DNA of 53,707 bases, filler included, from Ionaspis alba (taxonomy: Eukaryota): NCBI GenBank assembly GCA_964255285.1. It is 3 parts of 3 records of this genome, joined end to end, with 100 filler letters (N's around TTAATTAATTAA, not from the genome) between each part and the next. Parts side by side here need not be neighbours in the genome. Positions count along the whole stretch, not along the records: positions 35,904 to 53,707 come from CAXUUL010000310.1; 2 more parts are not named here. One strand, given 5' to 3'. Position numbers and translations under genes: made by a program. Shown here piece after piece: positions 36,385 through 49,860 of the stretch (positions within the stretch are counted from its first letter, which is position 1; each line of letters starts with the position of its first letter). The notes under the pieces are model-generated. The model was not told the origin of the DNA. It did no database searches and worked only from the letters and a program-made list of their open reading frames with translations.

Positions 36385-39211
36385 ATGTTCAAGCCCTTCC
36401 GACCACCACTTCTGAAGAAAGCCCCTACTCTAGCTTCGAACGACGACCAATCGAGTAATCCACCGGCAAAGAGGAGACGATTGAGTGATGAAGACGATGG
36501 TACATATAAACATGCAGTGCCGTCAAGCACAGTACCAAGACTGGTCTTCAAGACCCCGGGAATCTCTTCTCTACCACGAATGCCGTTGCAGGCAGTTCCC
36601 AATCCTGCTTCTTCCAACGAGTCTGTCGACTCTGAAGCTGATGGCGTCGAGGCATACTACAATGTCCTATGGTATGCCGAACCTGGCACCACCTTGATTA
36701 AGGACGCGGCTGATGCGCCCCCGTAGGCGGAAGTTTACGAATAAGAAACACAAGACCTGGGATGGTGATGGCATCGTTAGAGTATCCGATGGATATGCCT
36801 ATCTCCAAGATGTCTCGGGGAAGGATATGGGTAGGGCGGCGTGTACCACGCCTTTGCTGCCGGAATCGACGCTTTCTATAGGGGGCAGAGAAGTCGAGGT
36901 GGATTCTATGATATCGAAGCAGGACTACAAGGCTAGTCGGACAGGTGCCACTTCAAATATCGTCGAACCACCACCGAAGATTATCGAGAAGCCTTTACCC
37001 AAGCCCAAACTCCAATCCAAAGCTGCCGCCGTGGTCATCAAGAAAGAGTCGAAAAAGCGTTTGAATGTGGCGGCTCCGAAAAGTCTGGCTTCACACTCCC
37101 ATTGGAAAAATCCTATGCTTTCGACGACCATAATGCCAAAGCAGGAAGGAAAGTTGCCTACACCACGTCATGATCCAGCTGCTCCAGAAGCTCTTGTGAT
37201 GAAAAGACCCAGGTCTGTACCGAAAGACAAAGAGGTTGTCGATGTGGTGGTTGATCCTCTTCTAACCAAACATCTTCGCGAACATCAGAGGCAAGGAGTA
37301 AAGTTTCTATACGAGTGTGTCATGGGCATGAAAGATTACGACGGTGAAGGTGCCATTCTCGCTGACGAGATGGGCTTGGGCAAGACTCTACAGACTATTG
37401 CACTTCTATGGACTTTACTCAAGCAGAACCCTATCCACGAAGATCCTCCCATCATCAAGAAAGCTCTGATCGTATGTCCTGTTACACTGATCAACAACTG
37501 GAAGAAAGAGTTTCGGAAGTGGTTGGGCAATGAAAGAATTGGAGTTTTCGTCGCCGACGGAAAGAACCGGACTTCAGATTTCACGAGAGGCAAAAGCTAT
37601 AGTGTCATGATCATCGGATACGAGAAATTGAGGAGCGTACAAGAAGATCTTAAGAAAGGGGCAGGTGTCGATATCGTGATTTGTGACGAAGGTCATCGGC
37701 TGAAAACTGCGAAAAATAAGAGTGCTCAGGCGATCAGATCGCTCACTACGGCACGACGAGTCATTCTATCAGGGACTCCCATCCAAAACGATTTGAGTGA
37801 GTTCTTCATGATGGTAGATCTCATTAACCCAGGTCTTCTCGGTACTTTCAAATCGTTTACGAGACAGTTCGAAGTTCCCATCACGAAGAGCAGACAGCCT
37901 GAGGCAACTAGCAAAGAGAAAGAAAAGGGCGAAGCGGCAAGTGAAGAGCTTGGTGACCGGACTTCAGCATTCATCCTTCGACGGACAGCAGACATTCTAT
38001 CTAAATACCTCCCCTCGAAAACCGAATGCGTTCTGGTGTGCCGGCCCACAAGCACTCAAGCCTCCGTATACCGCCACGTCCTAGCCTCACCACTCTTCCA
38101 ATCCGCCCTCGGAAACTCCGAAGCCACCCTCCAACTTATCACCCTTCTCAAAAAAGTTTGCAACAGTCCCCGCCTCCTAAGCGCGAATCTCAACGACCCA
38201 GAAAAAGTCATCAGCCCCATGACCGCCTCCCTCATCGACAGCATCCCCGCAAACCTTCTTCGCAACCCCGCCAGCAGCACTAAAATCCGCGTCCTCGACC
38301 AACTCCTCCACAGCCTCCGCAAGTCGACCACCGAAAAAGTCGTCATCGTCTCCAACTTCACCTCCACCCTCGACCTCCTCGCCTCCTTCCTTACCTCCAA
38401 CAGCCTCCCTTGGCTCCGCCTCGACGGCACAACACCCCAATCCAAACGCCAAGACCTCGTCGACACGTTCAACCGCAGCCCTTCAAAAGACATCTTCGCC
38501 TTCCTCCTCTCCGCCAAAGCCGGCGGCCTCGGTCTCAATCTCATTGGCGCCTCGCGTCTTGTCCTCTTCGACGTCGACTGGAATCCTGCGGTGGATTTGC
38601 AGGCTATGGCGCGCATTCATCGGGATGGTCAGAAGAGACCTTGTGTTGTTTATAGGCTGTTGATGGCCGGGGGCTTGGATGAGAAGATCTGGCAGCGGCA
38701 GGTTACGAAGTTGGGACTTGCGAGTAGTGTTATGGAGCAAAAGGGTGGTGCGAGCAGTTTTACGAGGGAGGAACTGAAGGATTTGTTTCGCTTGGATGAG
38801 GGCGTGAGGTGTCAGACACATGAGCTTATTGCCTGTGAATGTGGGGGAAGGGGATTACCGGATGTGGGTGCCGTTGGGGAGGAGGAGGTGATGCTTGGTG
38901 CGGGTAAAGGGGATGACGGGGAGGATGATGAGGAAGAAGAAGTTCCGGATGTGCCTACTTTGATCAAGTCGTCCCAGGTCAACATGGAGGAGCAAGAACG
39001 GAAAATCAGGGAGAAAGCTGCGAAGGCGAGGACTAAGGATGTGGGCGCCAAGATGCAGTCGTTAATGGCGTACTCGCATATTGATACGTCGAACTTTGCT
39101 ACCGAAGACGACGAGGATATGGAGGCGCTTATTGGCGATGAGGTGTTGTTGGACGTGCTGAAGGATGAGGAGAATCGTGTGTCTTTCGTGTTCTCGAAGA
39201 CTTCTGGATGA
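36385..39211 (+). CDS. RDH54: SNF2-family DNA translocase Rdh54/RAD54B; exons 36385-36671, 36727-39211
   Basis: MFKPFRPP start, WRKFTNKKHKTWDGDG, ILADEMGLGKTLQ, DEGHRLK, SGTPIQNDL, RLDG, GLNLIGASRL and QAMARIHRDGQK. Intron 36672-36726. Confidence 0.93.
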
Positions 39212-40060
39212 TTGTAGAAGTAGAGCATGGTATTAGGGAGCATAGCGAGGCGCTCGAGCTTGATCGTCGGCGATGGGCGGGAAGGGCTAATACGGATGCA
39301 GATCTGCATGGGCATTCTTGGATTTGTACAGATGTGCTTTTAGATGAATAGAGCACTCTGATAACTTAGCGATCGGGCTATTTCCATTGATCAATCGGAT
39401 TGCCTTTGTTCATCGATCCAACTTCGTAGTAGTGGACGGCCTTTTTCTGCTCTGTTGGCTATTATCGATTCGTTGTGCGCTTCTCTATCATGCGCAGTCT
39501 CTGTAGAGGAAACTAAATGTCAAGGATATACACAAAACACTAGATCCATCTCAAGGAATTTAGCTTAGCTCTTGTTGAGAACGGCCGACGGTGGGCCATT
39601 TCCGGCGAACCGCGGATGCGGGACGGGAAGGGCTTTTTTCACTCTGCTTTTTGGGAGATGCTTAGGCAAATATGGGTAGACGTAAGTGTCCGGGATAGTG
39701 TGTTCAATCGAAGGGGAGGGAACTGGGTTCTTTTCTCTCCTCAAGTTTTACCTCGAATGTACAGAACGCCAAATGATCGCGAGCGTGAAGTGACGTAGGC
39801 TTTAGTCAGAAAGCTGTCGTGCGCAACCGGAGATCTGAAGATATAACGGGATGTGCAAATCATGGAGATGATACAAGAATGGGAGGAAAGTCACTGAAAG
39901 ATGTTAAGCTCAAAGAGCCGGGAACAGAGAGAATAAAGCGTCATTCCAATGATCAGGCAAATAGACGCATGGAAATTTGAAGCAATACTAGAGAGTTCAC
40001 TGTACAGCAGCGGCTGACTGAAGATCTCTTTAATATCAAGATAGTCTGCTTGAACCTTCC

Positions 40061-43000
40061 TTAGCGCTTGTCGATCAATCGAGCATGTTGCTCTCCCAGT
40101 ATGGTCTCAAACGCATCATCCAGACTAATATGCACCCTTAACTCCTTTTCAACCATGGTATCGTACACTCCTTTCAGCTCCTCAACAGGCATGATCTTGC
40201 CCAAGTATTCAAAAGGAAGTAGATAGAGCTCCTTGGTCCATGGACAGGCTCTTATAGATCTGTAAAATATCGACTTCGCTTTGTGGAGTTCATCCCTCGA
40301 ATGCTCAAACAGGAAGTACAATTTCCACATAGCTGCACTTGTCTTACCGCTCTGGCTATCGAGAGCACGCTCAAACGTCCCGCGAATGGAGTGAACATTG
40401 GAGCCAAGAGTAATGCCACGATTGAGCTCTGTATAGACGGCAAAGAAGTGCGGAATCACACTTTCTCGATAGTTCTGTCGTTGGTCGGCAGTGTTATGGA
40501 GTAGCACGTCTTGCATCGTGGACCGTACCGCGTCGTCGATGCGGAAACGCCTTTCATTCCAGGCATAGAGGGAGAGGAACATGGTATTCTGAGGGAACTT
40601 TGCAACGCTTTCCGCCAAGATGGAACGAACCAATGCTGGTTTGTAGGATTTTGTGTGGGTCGTATGGTAATGAAGGAGCTTAGCACGGGCTTGATGGATT
40701 AGTTCATGCACCAGAGATCCAGAGTGACAATGCGCATTGTGAAATTCGATACTTGACGCGAAGGATGCCAGAGCCGCATGAAGAGTTTCTTTGTCGGTGA
40801 GATATGCTAGCAGAGCTAAACATTCAGAATAAAGACATGCCAGGCGATCCGCCCCAATAGCTAGCATTTGCTGTCGGCCATCAACGAGAGCCTGGTTGGA
40901 TATTAGTAATTTTCAGAAATAATGTGGAATACTTACTCTCTGCGTCCTAAGAACTGCTGCAGGAGAAACCTCCTCAATCCTAGTGCCAGTGGTAGTAGCA
41001 CTGATTTTCGAACTAGGGAATATCAAGAAGCGCGACCTAGCTTGCTCTATCTGCCCAGATTCGATGAGCTTCCAGATCCAGGACCGCCACAGTAAAATGA
41101 TGTCTTTCCGATCGCTCTCGTCCAAACTCTCGCTCATGTTGATTGTGGTCACCACCACGGAATTCGCGGCATCGATGGTTTCTGCCCGGTATTGGAGCAA
41201 TGCATAGGCGCAGTACAGACAAAGGTTGTCCGGATGTCTTTTCAATAATGTTTTTGCGCTTTTTTTCCCCGTGTTTACCGATATCTCGGATTCTAGTGCT
41301 AGAAGATATTCCGGTAGCTCACGAGCGCTATGTTGCTTTTCGACCAGTGACTTCAAAATATTACGAACCCACTGAATCCGAACCGGACCAGTGTCTCGTA
41401 CATAAATCCATTCCCAACCTCCAAAAGCCGAGAACCAATTTGTAGTCTTGGCGAAAAATTCGTCGGTCGATGTCATATAATGCTGCACAGGAAATTGAAA
41501 AATTGCTTCTGGATTAGGCAGCCCCGAGTGTGACTCTTCTCCTGATAAGGCGCTTAGATGGTGATCGATTCTGGAATACCACCGCAGCAGTGGCTCCCCG
41601 ATGTCACCTAGAGTCTCATTCCGAATGAACGGATCTGTCCACCAAGCGAAGCAAGCTTCTGGCATGATTGATCTTGGAGGTAGGTGGCAAAATGCCAGAA
41701 AACCATTGAGAAGGACCTCTCGGCCAGATGCGCCATCCTGTGATGCTGGGATCCATACCAGAAAGGGTCGAATATCAGAAAACAATATGACTCTATATGG
41801 ATCGTCCTCGCCAACTTCGTCGATGGCACGCGCCGGATCTCGGCTTTGCAGTGACTGCGCACGCTCACATCGAGGCCATTGACCCAACATAGATTCATCA
41901 CTAATCGAGGACACTGGATTGTCAATCTTTATATCCGGTGTCATCCCTCCCCTCATGGAGAAATCCGCCCAGCCTAACGAACCTTCTTCGCCAATTCGCG
42001 GAACTTCACTCTCCCAAAAAGCTTCGAAGCTCTCGAGAGCCCGGTCATAGTCTGGCGAAGAATCACTTGAACTAAGAGTCATCGGTCTGCAGAAATTGAA
42101 CTCGAGAAGCGCCTGCCATATTGCAACGGCAAGTTCAATGAAGCCTGACTCTCGCAGAAATAGAGTCAAACGTAGGACAACATAGGTTCGGATAATGGAA
42201 ATTTCATCTTGCCGGTGGGCGGGCCGGGTTATAGAAGAAGCTGCCTCTTCCAGGATTCGAATACAATCAGCGTAGCAATCACGAAGTTCATCGACACGAA
42301 AATTGGAGGATTTGGTCTGCTGGAAGTCGATATATTTGGTCCACAGTCTGGTGTACTGTGGATGTTCTCGGAGGACAACTTTCCATCTGGTAGAGAGTTT
42401 CCCAGTATCCCAAATCTGAGCGCCTTGCTCCATCATACCCAACAGTAGACGCTCCATGGACTGAGGATCTTTCGCTTTCTGGATTGCCTTTTCATACATC
42501 GACAACTTGATATCTGCTAAACTAGATCTTTCAGCGCTTGTAAGTTTTTGCCCGAACGAATTTTGCCCAACTTGCACAGCTTTGTCTTGATGTGCTATCA
42601 ACTCAAGCCATGCTTCAGCATTGGTTGGTTCGAGATCCACTCTTTTCATCAGCTGGGCACTGGTTTGCCTGATGCTTTCAGCCCAAGTAAACGACCCGCC
42701 CAGTTCGCCATCAGACAAATAGGAAGTGCCATGATATTCCAGGTCAGAGTCTTCCGGCTTCTGCGACGGTTTGGCCCTTCCCTCAATTGATCTATAATGG
42801 GTATCGGCTTCATCTGCACTACTGGAAGCATCCGAGCCGTCCCCACCTTGCTCACGTTTGCGTTTTCTGTTTGTGTCTCGTGCCAGAGGTAGAAAATCTG
42901 CAGTATGATCGACATGCTCTGAATTCTGTGATAGTGGTCTAATTCGGACTTCCCTTTTGGTCCGGGCTCGGACAAATTCTGTGGTGTCTTTCCTTGCTGG

Positions 43001-43510
43001 CCTGTCATTCTGGCTATCGCCGACTACCAAGTACTTTTCACTACTCTGGACTCGGTCGATCTTCTCATTCGGCTGAAGTCCAACAATACTTCCCCCGCCC
43101 GAACGTCGGTAAGAAGGTATGCTATACCGATGGAGTGAGCTATACTTTAAGTTGTCCACATCTCCGGCCCCGTCGAGCACATAGGATTCTGGCGTTTCAT
43201 CCCAACAATTTACGGCATCATTCAGAGATTCCACATGCTGACGTTTTCCTAGCTCTTGATTGCCACGCTCTTTCTCTCTTTTAGGTGTAAGACGATGACG
43301 CGCCCCAGGCTCGGAACGGCGACTAGATTGACTGTGTTCCTTGCCATGTCTACGTTGAGATTGCTCCTCAGTGTAGGCCGAGCTTCCATTTTTCGGCTTG
43401 GATGGTCGGACTTGAACTTCATCTCCCTCGTCATATACGGTTTGAGATGGGGGAACTTTGGGCCTAAAGCTTGCAAATTTCGGTACTGCTTCGAGCTGCT
43501 TCTTCTGCAT
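40061..43510 (-). CDS. NRDE2: NRDE-2/Nrl1 family nuclear RNA-processing protein; exons 43510-40937, 40891-40061
   Basis: VPKFASF, DNLKYSSLHRYSIPSYRRSG, YRSIEG, FLRESGF.ELA, FWESEVPRIGE, DDPYRVILFSD, FPQNT, IRACPWTK and EKELRVH. Phase-0 intron 40936-40892. Confidence 0.9.
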
Positions 43511-43853
43511 GGATGTCAGTTAAGAGTATCGGTGCATACTACAAATGCTTCGAACATACCAACGTACTTTCGTAAGTCCATCCATACCTTTCCGCCCTGT
43601 TGCACCAGCACAACGGTATGCGGAGAGCTGTTGGTGTACCAGAGCTCTAAGGTTGCTCCGCAAGGAGGAAGGTCTTGCCGAGCCCGTGAAAAATTGCCCT
43701 CTAAAGATATCAAAACTTAAAAAAAGTTGCAGGCAGACCCAACACTATTTTCTGTGCATTCAGCTCAATCCTGGTGCCAGGATTCTCCCCGCCAAGTTGA
43801 CGACATACTGCCGTGATAAGTTACCACGAACTATCTATTGTTGCTTGAGCGCC

Positions 43854-46800
43854 ATGGCGACATCGTTGGCAAAGCAATTGGCTCAGATCGCTGCACACTC
43901 CTCTAATCCTCTGGACTTGAAAGCCCAGAAGAAGGCGCATTCACAATCACTTCTCTTCGAACAGACTATCGCTGCATCACAAGACTTTGACACAATCTAC
44001 CAGATTTGTGTCGAGGGCTACCAGGAGCTATGTCAGATAGACAACAAGTTCGTGGGATTCTCGAGAAGCATTTTCAGCGAGCAAAGCAAGAGAGAGGACA
44101 GACTACAGATGACAGTGGAGCAGAACAGGGAATTAGATGAAGTCTTGGAAAGCTTCCTCGGTCTCGTTGGCTCTAGAATCTTACTTAAGCCAGCTCTGAA
44201 AGCTATCGAATGGTTGATAAGGCGATTCAGGTTAGCACATTTTCTATGTCTATATACTTTGCACTTCAGCTTGCAGCAGACACTAATATCATTTTTCTTG
44301 ACTTCAGGATACACGAGAGTAATACTATCTGTCTTATTCTGACATTCCTTCCCTACCATACATTACCGGTATTTGCAAACCTGCTGTCCATTATACCAAA
44401 AAATCTCCCGCCCCCTCTTAAATTCCTGCATCCATACGTCGAATCCTACGCATGTCCTCCACGGCATACAATTATACATACAGCAACGCACAACAAAGCT
44501 TTCTTCACTGCTTTGAACAGCTACGTGCTAAGAATATGCCGAAACGGTCAACAATACCGTGGCATAACATCCTATTGGGCTACTATTGTTACCGAGGCTG
44601 TGGTTAGCATGATCGATCAAGCAGGATCAGGCAGGCGAGAAGCACAAAGGCAGAAAGAGGAAGATGTCCTGCATCGTGTCCTTCCAATTTTGAATGAAGG
44701 ATTGTCAATGCAAGAAGTACCTGATCTGCGAGTTGGCTGCTATATGCTCTTGACTGTCCTTGCGTCTAAAATGAGATTGGAAGACAGGGTACTCGATGCA
44801 ATGATGACTGCTGTGGTGTCTGCTTGGACCGAGGATACAACACACGCCGGATTAATTTGTTTGGCTGTCCTCGCCCAGCAAAAAGTGGCAGCCAGGTTAC
44901 CCAACAGAGTCTTCAAAGCTGTCATGGCCCTCGCAAACATATCTGATGATCTTCTGACACTTAGTAGACAATACCAAGTTGACCGACTTACACATGGCCT
45001 AGTACAAGGCGTTCTTGATCGCCTGGACAAAGGCCAAGACAAGTATCGTCTGGCATTTGTAAGGACTGCTCTCGAAAGTCATATGATGGACTCGTCTTAC
45101 GTCGCGTCGTCTATAACCTCGTTGTTGTTGGCAGCTGGAGATGTGGAGAAAGTGAATAAGAGGAGCGCAGACACACAAGGACAGCTTGCTGATTTAGTAC
45201 TTACACTAATCGAATCAAAAGCTGTGGGAAGCATGGTACAAACCATCATCAGAGATACCAATACGGATGTACAACAACTTGAGATGACTTTACAGAGAGT
45301 TATATCCCTTGAGAACGACCAGCAGCCCAAGGCGATCCAGGACGCTGTGATGGAGGACATAGATCGGCTGCCAGAAACATTCGACGCTTTGGCCAGCCGA
45401 ATACCCACCCGAACAGCCTATGAAATTTCTTTTCTCTCACACTCGAAATCTTATGTCTTTGAAAGTCTTTGTCAAGCATTTATTTCCGCTTCTTCGTCCC
45501 CAACTGATCTAAAGAAATTCTCCGACCTCCCTGTCCTGCGGAAGTCTCTTGCCATGACAGAGCCTTTATTCATGTCGTTCTTCATACGAACATGGTGTGG
45601 ACCGTTTCCAGCTCAAGCGAGGTCTACTGCAATAGGCTGTGTACGGGAATGTATCGAGGAGACAGATAACGCTGCCGACCTACAAATACTCCTCCCATAC
45701 ATTATTCACGCACTCAGCGACTCTTCGGCGAAAGTCCGCGAAGCTGCTACCGGTTTGGTTCTTACACTAGCCACTCGTTACGAGAATTCGAATGGCGGAG
45801 CTTCCAATCCAAAGGAATGCGCTGTCTTAGGGCACGATAGCATATATGGTCAAGCTGATGAAACTAAAGCCGTCAAATGGCTTAACAAAACAGAAGTTTC
45901 GAAAGTAGTTACAGAGCTCCTACTACCAAATATTGAAGAATGCCGGCTTGACAGTTCGTTCATCTCAAAACTCGTCGCAGACTTCTTGAACGGATCGAAC
46001 CAACTCAAAAACTCAAAGTCTCCGCGCAAAGACTATAAGACCTCTTTTCGAGTAGGTGTTCTTACAACACTGAGCAGCCATATCATCAATACACCACTTT
46101 ATTCGGTCAAGTTTCAGCTCTTATCAACTATGAACAAGGTTGGAAAAGTTGGTAGCAGTTCAAGAACTAAGGCGCTGCTGCCCTTCCTCACATATCAAGA
46201 GACAATATCTGAAGAGACGATCAAGGCAAGCTGTGACAAGGCGAGGATTGATGTCTCTCAATTTATTTGTGAACTAACAAGAATTGTTCTGCCTGGAGAT
46301 CGGGATGGTCTTCGAGCCTTGCAGAGCCTTGTGACTTCTGCGAATCTTTCTCCATCCTCAATCTTGCGGAAAGCAGCATTTCAGCGCCTTTGTGAGATAT
46401 GGAAGTCAATCAAATCTGATATGCAGCTGTCGTTGAGCGAAGCGATGCTTCAACTTGTTATCAATGGGACATCCATGAAAGGCGACGAAGAGGTCAAGAT
46501 CGAGGCATCAGAGACCCTTCGTGCAGTGTCTCTGTCTGAGAACATTCTCTTGCATTTTTTGGAGAATCTTCCCGCTCTGTCGGCCGCTTCTGACGGGAAG
46601 GATGGGCCATCAAGCTCGAAGCGTCGGCGGTTGAGTCACGGACGGGCTAACACGCATTTTGTACCTGTTGCAGATGCTCTGAGGCAAATGACTTTTGTCT
46701 TTGAGCTAGTGGAGAGTTCCGCAGCGGGTGTACATGCTTCATTGTTGAATACAGTATTTCGAGTTTTTGCCGACATTCAGCATTACAGAAGTCAATCCGG

Positions 46801-49748
46801 AAATGAGATGGGCTATCTGCAATCACTCGTCCTTCAGTGTCTTCACTCCATAATTGAGGCGTTTAAGGTGGGTCATGTCTTCGGTGATTCTGTCCATTGA
46901 CTAACGAGCGACAGGCAACTACAAGTTTCCAGCTTGATCGTTCAGTAATCCGCGCAGATTTGATCGTCGATTGTCTTAGGATTACAACGATTCCTCAAGT
47001 GCAGCACAGCGCGTTATTGCTCATGTCGAGCTTAGCCACTGTTGTGCCCGAGGTTATAATCCATAGCGTAATGCCTGTGTTTACTTTCATGGGGCCAACA
47101 GTACTTCGGCAAAGTGACGATTATTCTGCTCATGTGATTGACCTGGTTAGTTGTATGCTGCTCTTTGATGGACAATTTGGGTACTAATACGTCTTTTGCA
47201 GACCATCGAGTCTGTAATTCCACCACTGATTGCGTCTCTACAAAACCAGAAAGGAGGACCTTTAGCAGGTGCCTCGGAGCTACTACTTAGTTTTGTTGCC
47301 GCGTTCGAGCACGTACCAATTCATAGGAGAATAGGATTATACTCATCCTTGACCGACAAGCTGGGTCCGAACGATTTTCTTTTTGCCCTTCTGGCGATGA
47401 TATTGGACAGGTATGCAGAAGACAAGAACGTCGGCGATTTCGTCCGACACCTTGCTGGACAATATAGTGCTCTGACGCAGCTCAAGGTATGAGACATCCA
47501 AAGCTGTTATCCTACGTCCCGCATTATTGATGCTTCTTAGACTATGGAGAGGCTCCTTGGTGTCGTTCTTGATTCTCTCAAACCCAAACCCACAATTTCG
47601 ACTCTTCTATTAGGTTCTAATGATCAACGAACGCGTGCAAGCACTGGTGTTCTCTTGTTATCGCTACCAATGCAGATATTCTCCACTCAGAGGTTGATCT
47701 CTAAAATTGCAAAGGTCCTTGAAAAAGAAGACCACGAATCCATTGAAGTGCGCAAGATCTACTCGCAAATGATGGAGCAGACTCTGCAACTCGTCGAACA
47801 AGCTCAGCCTTACAAGAAATGTATGTGCATTGACAACCCCGATCTAGCATACTTATTGAGTTTCTTGATAGTGCCTGCTGCATGTGATCAATTGCTTCAT
47901 GCTCTTCTTGGTCTTCTTTCAATGCACGAATCCATTAACTCCTTGGAGACTCTGCTTGATGGAGGCAATAGTCAGGCAAGTGCTGCGAGACTGGACGCAA
48001 CGAGTTCAGACTGACATTCCATAGATTCAACGGCAAGTTCTTCGATCACTCGAGAACCGGATCAATGTGGCCAAAATGGGAGACTCGCAAACCCAGAAAG
48101 CATGTATCAACTTCCTTCCTCGACTTGCGTCGACCATCGAGGCGACTGAAGATCCCTTGCTCATGCATTCCGTGGTTGCTTGTATCGATCGCATTACTGA
48201 AAAGTACGGCAAAAAAGACACCGATAGATTCAGTCCTGTCATCCGAGTGCTATCGAGCGGTCAGTGTCTTGGAGCTTCTGACCCTAGACTACGAGTCATA
48301 ACACTTCTATGCCTTGCCACCGCGGTAGAAGTTCTTGGTGAAACCATCATTCCGATCATCCCTCAGGCTTTGCCTAAGTCAATTGACTATCTGAGATTGA
48401 GTATCGAAGATGGTCGCGAGGACGAGCCTTTACACGATGCCGTCTACGCTTTTATTGGAGCGCTCCTTTCCTACATTCCGTGGCTGGTAACAGGTCAATA
48501 TCTGGATCAATTTTTGAGAGCCTCACACGAGTCAGCTAACGCAGGCATGTCGACCAAATGCGACCAAAGCCGGAAAGAAGTACTGAGCCTGGTGGCGAAG
48601 CGTATCGACATCCAAGAGTGCTTTGCAGCACTGGACAGAACATGGAACAGCGCTGTGGCAGGAGGACCTGAGGTAAGGTGCCGTCTTCCTGTTCTCTGCA
48701 AATAGAAGTTGACCAATACTCAAGGCCGTGAGCGAACACCTCGATATTCTTCAGCTGGCCATCGAGAAGCAGCCAAAATCCGCAATCGTGAAGCAATCTC
48801 AAACCTTGCACGGGCTTTTCCTGAAAGCCTTTGACACCCGCCGCATTCAGTTTTGTCCCCGTACGGAAGATAGCTACGAGGAAGACGAGGTCGAAGTGGT
48901 GGAGCAGAAAGTCAATGAGGTCGCCATCAAAATGATCTATAAACTCAACGATGCCAGCTTCAGACCCCTCTTCATCAAAACGCAGGAGTGGGCCTCGGCA
49001 GCTGGTACGAAGAAGGATAGGCAAGGCAAAATGTTTCGTCAGACCACTTGGTATACTTTCTTGCACGCCTTCTTTGACACTCTTAAGGTCAGGATCTCGC
49101 TTTTGCATTCGGCTACACCTTCTATTGAAAGAAATCGAGCTAAATTAAGAATAATAATACAGTCAATTATCACCAGCTACGCGAGCTACATTATCGACGA
49201 TACGGTCGCCATACTTCAAAACCTCAATCCGTCAAACCCCGACTCTGTCCTCCTCTTTAACCGTGTCCTCAACACCTTGCAATCTTCTTTCGAGCACGAC
49301 CAAGATGGTATGACCCCCACCTTTTCCCAATCTCCATCCGCCTGACTAACACAATCCATTTTTAGACTTTTGGCAATCACACTTCCCTGCTATTCACGCC
49401 CCGCTCCTCGCCACTGTTCCTCTGCTCCCAACCTCACCTCTTCTACCACCAACCATCACAGCTCTAGCCGCTGCAGCGGATTCTCCTGCCCACCACAAAT
49501 CTCTCAACGCGGGCCTTCTTGCGTATATGCGCTCTGAATCACCTGCTGTACGGAAATCGGCTATAGTATGTCAAAGAAGTCTGACGAAGAAATTGGGCGA
49601 GGAATGGCTGGCGCTATTGCCTGAGATGCTGCCATTCATGAGTGAGGGTATGGAGGATGGTGATGAAGATGTGGAAACGGAGGTCAGGGGGTGGGTCGCT
49701 GAGGTAGAAGGGATATTGGGAGAAAGTTTGGATGGGATGCTGGCCTAA
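43854..49748 (+). CDS. UTP10: U3 snoRNA-associated protein 10 (HEATR1/BP28); 9 exons
   Basis: MATSLAKQLAQI start, KAIEWLIRRFRIHE, LTFLPYH, HSVMPVFTFMG, HVPIHRR, KLNDASFRPLF and LGEEWLALLPEMLPF..E..EDGDEDVE. Introns 44231-44307, 46868-46914, 47146-47201, 47487-47540, 47821-47871, 47976-48024 (GC-AG), 48673-48724, 49088-49162, 49308-49365 (that is nine introns, so ten exons if all are used). Confidence 0.96.
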
Positions 49749-49860
49749 CGTCAGAACTTCGCACTATTGAATCCATGTTGCTTAAAATACAGCGGTTGTA
49801 TGAAGAATATATACCTGTTTCGAAGCTTCATGTCGAATTGCTCATAATCATCGCATATTT

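Noticed and set aside
37726..39356. Long antisense ORFs over RDH54 (and similar ones over MET3, CDC14, UTP10)
   Set aside because: Shadow ORFs explained by codon bias of the sense-strand genes.
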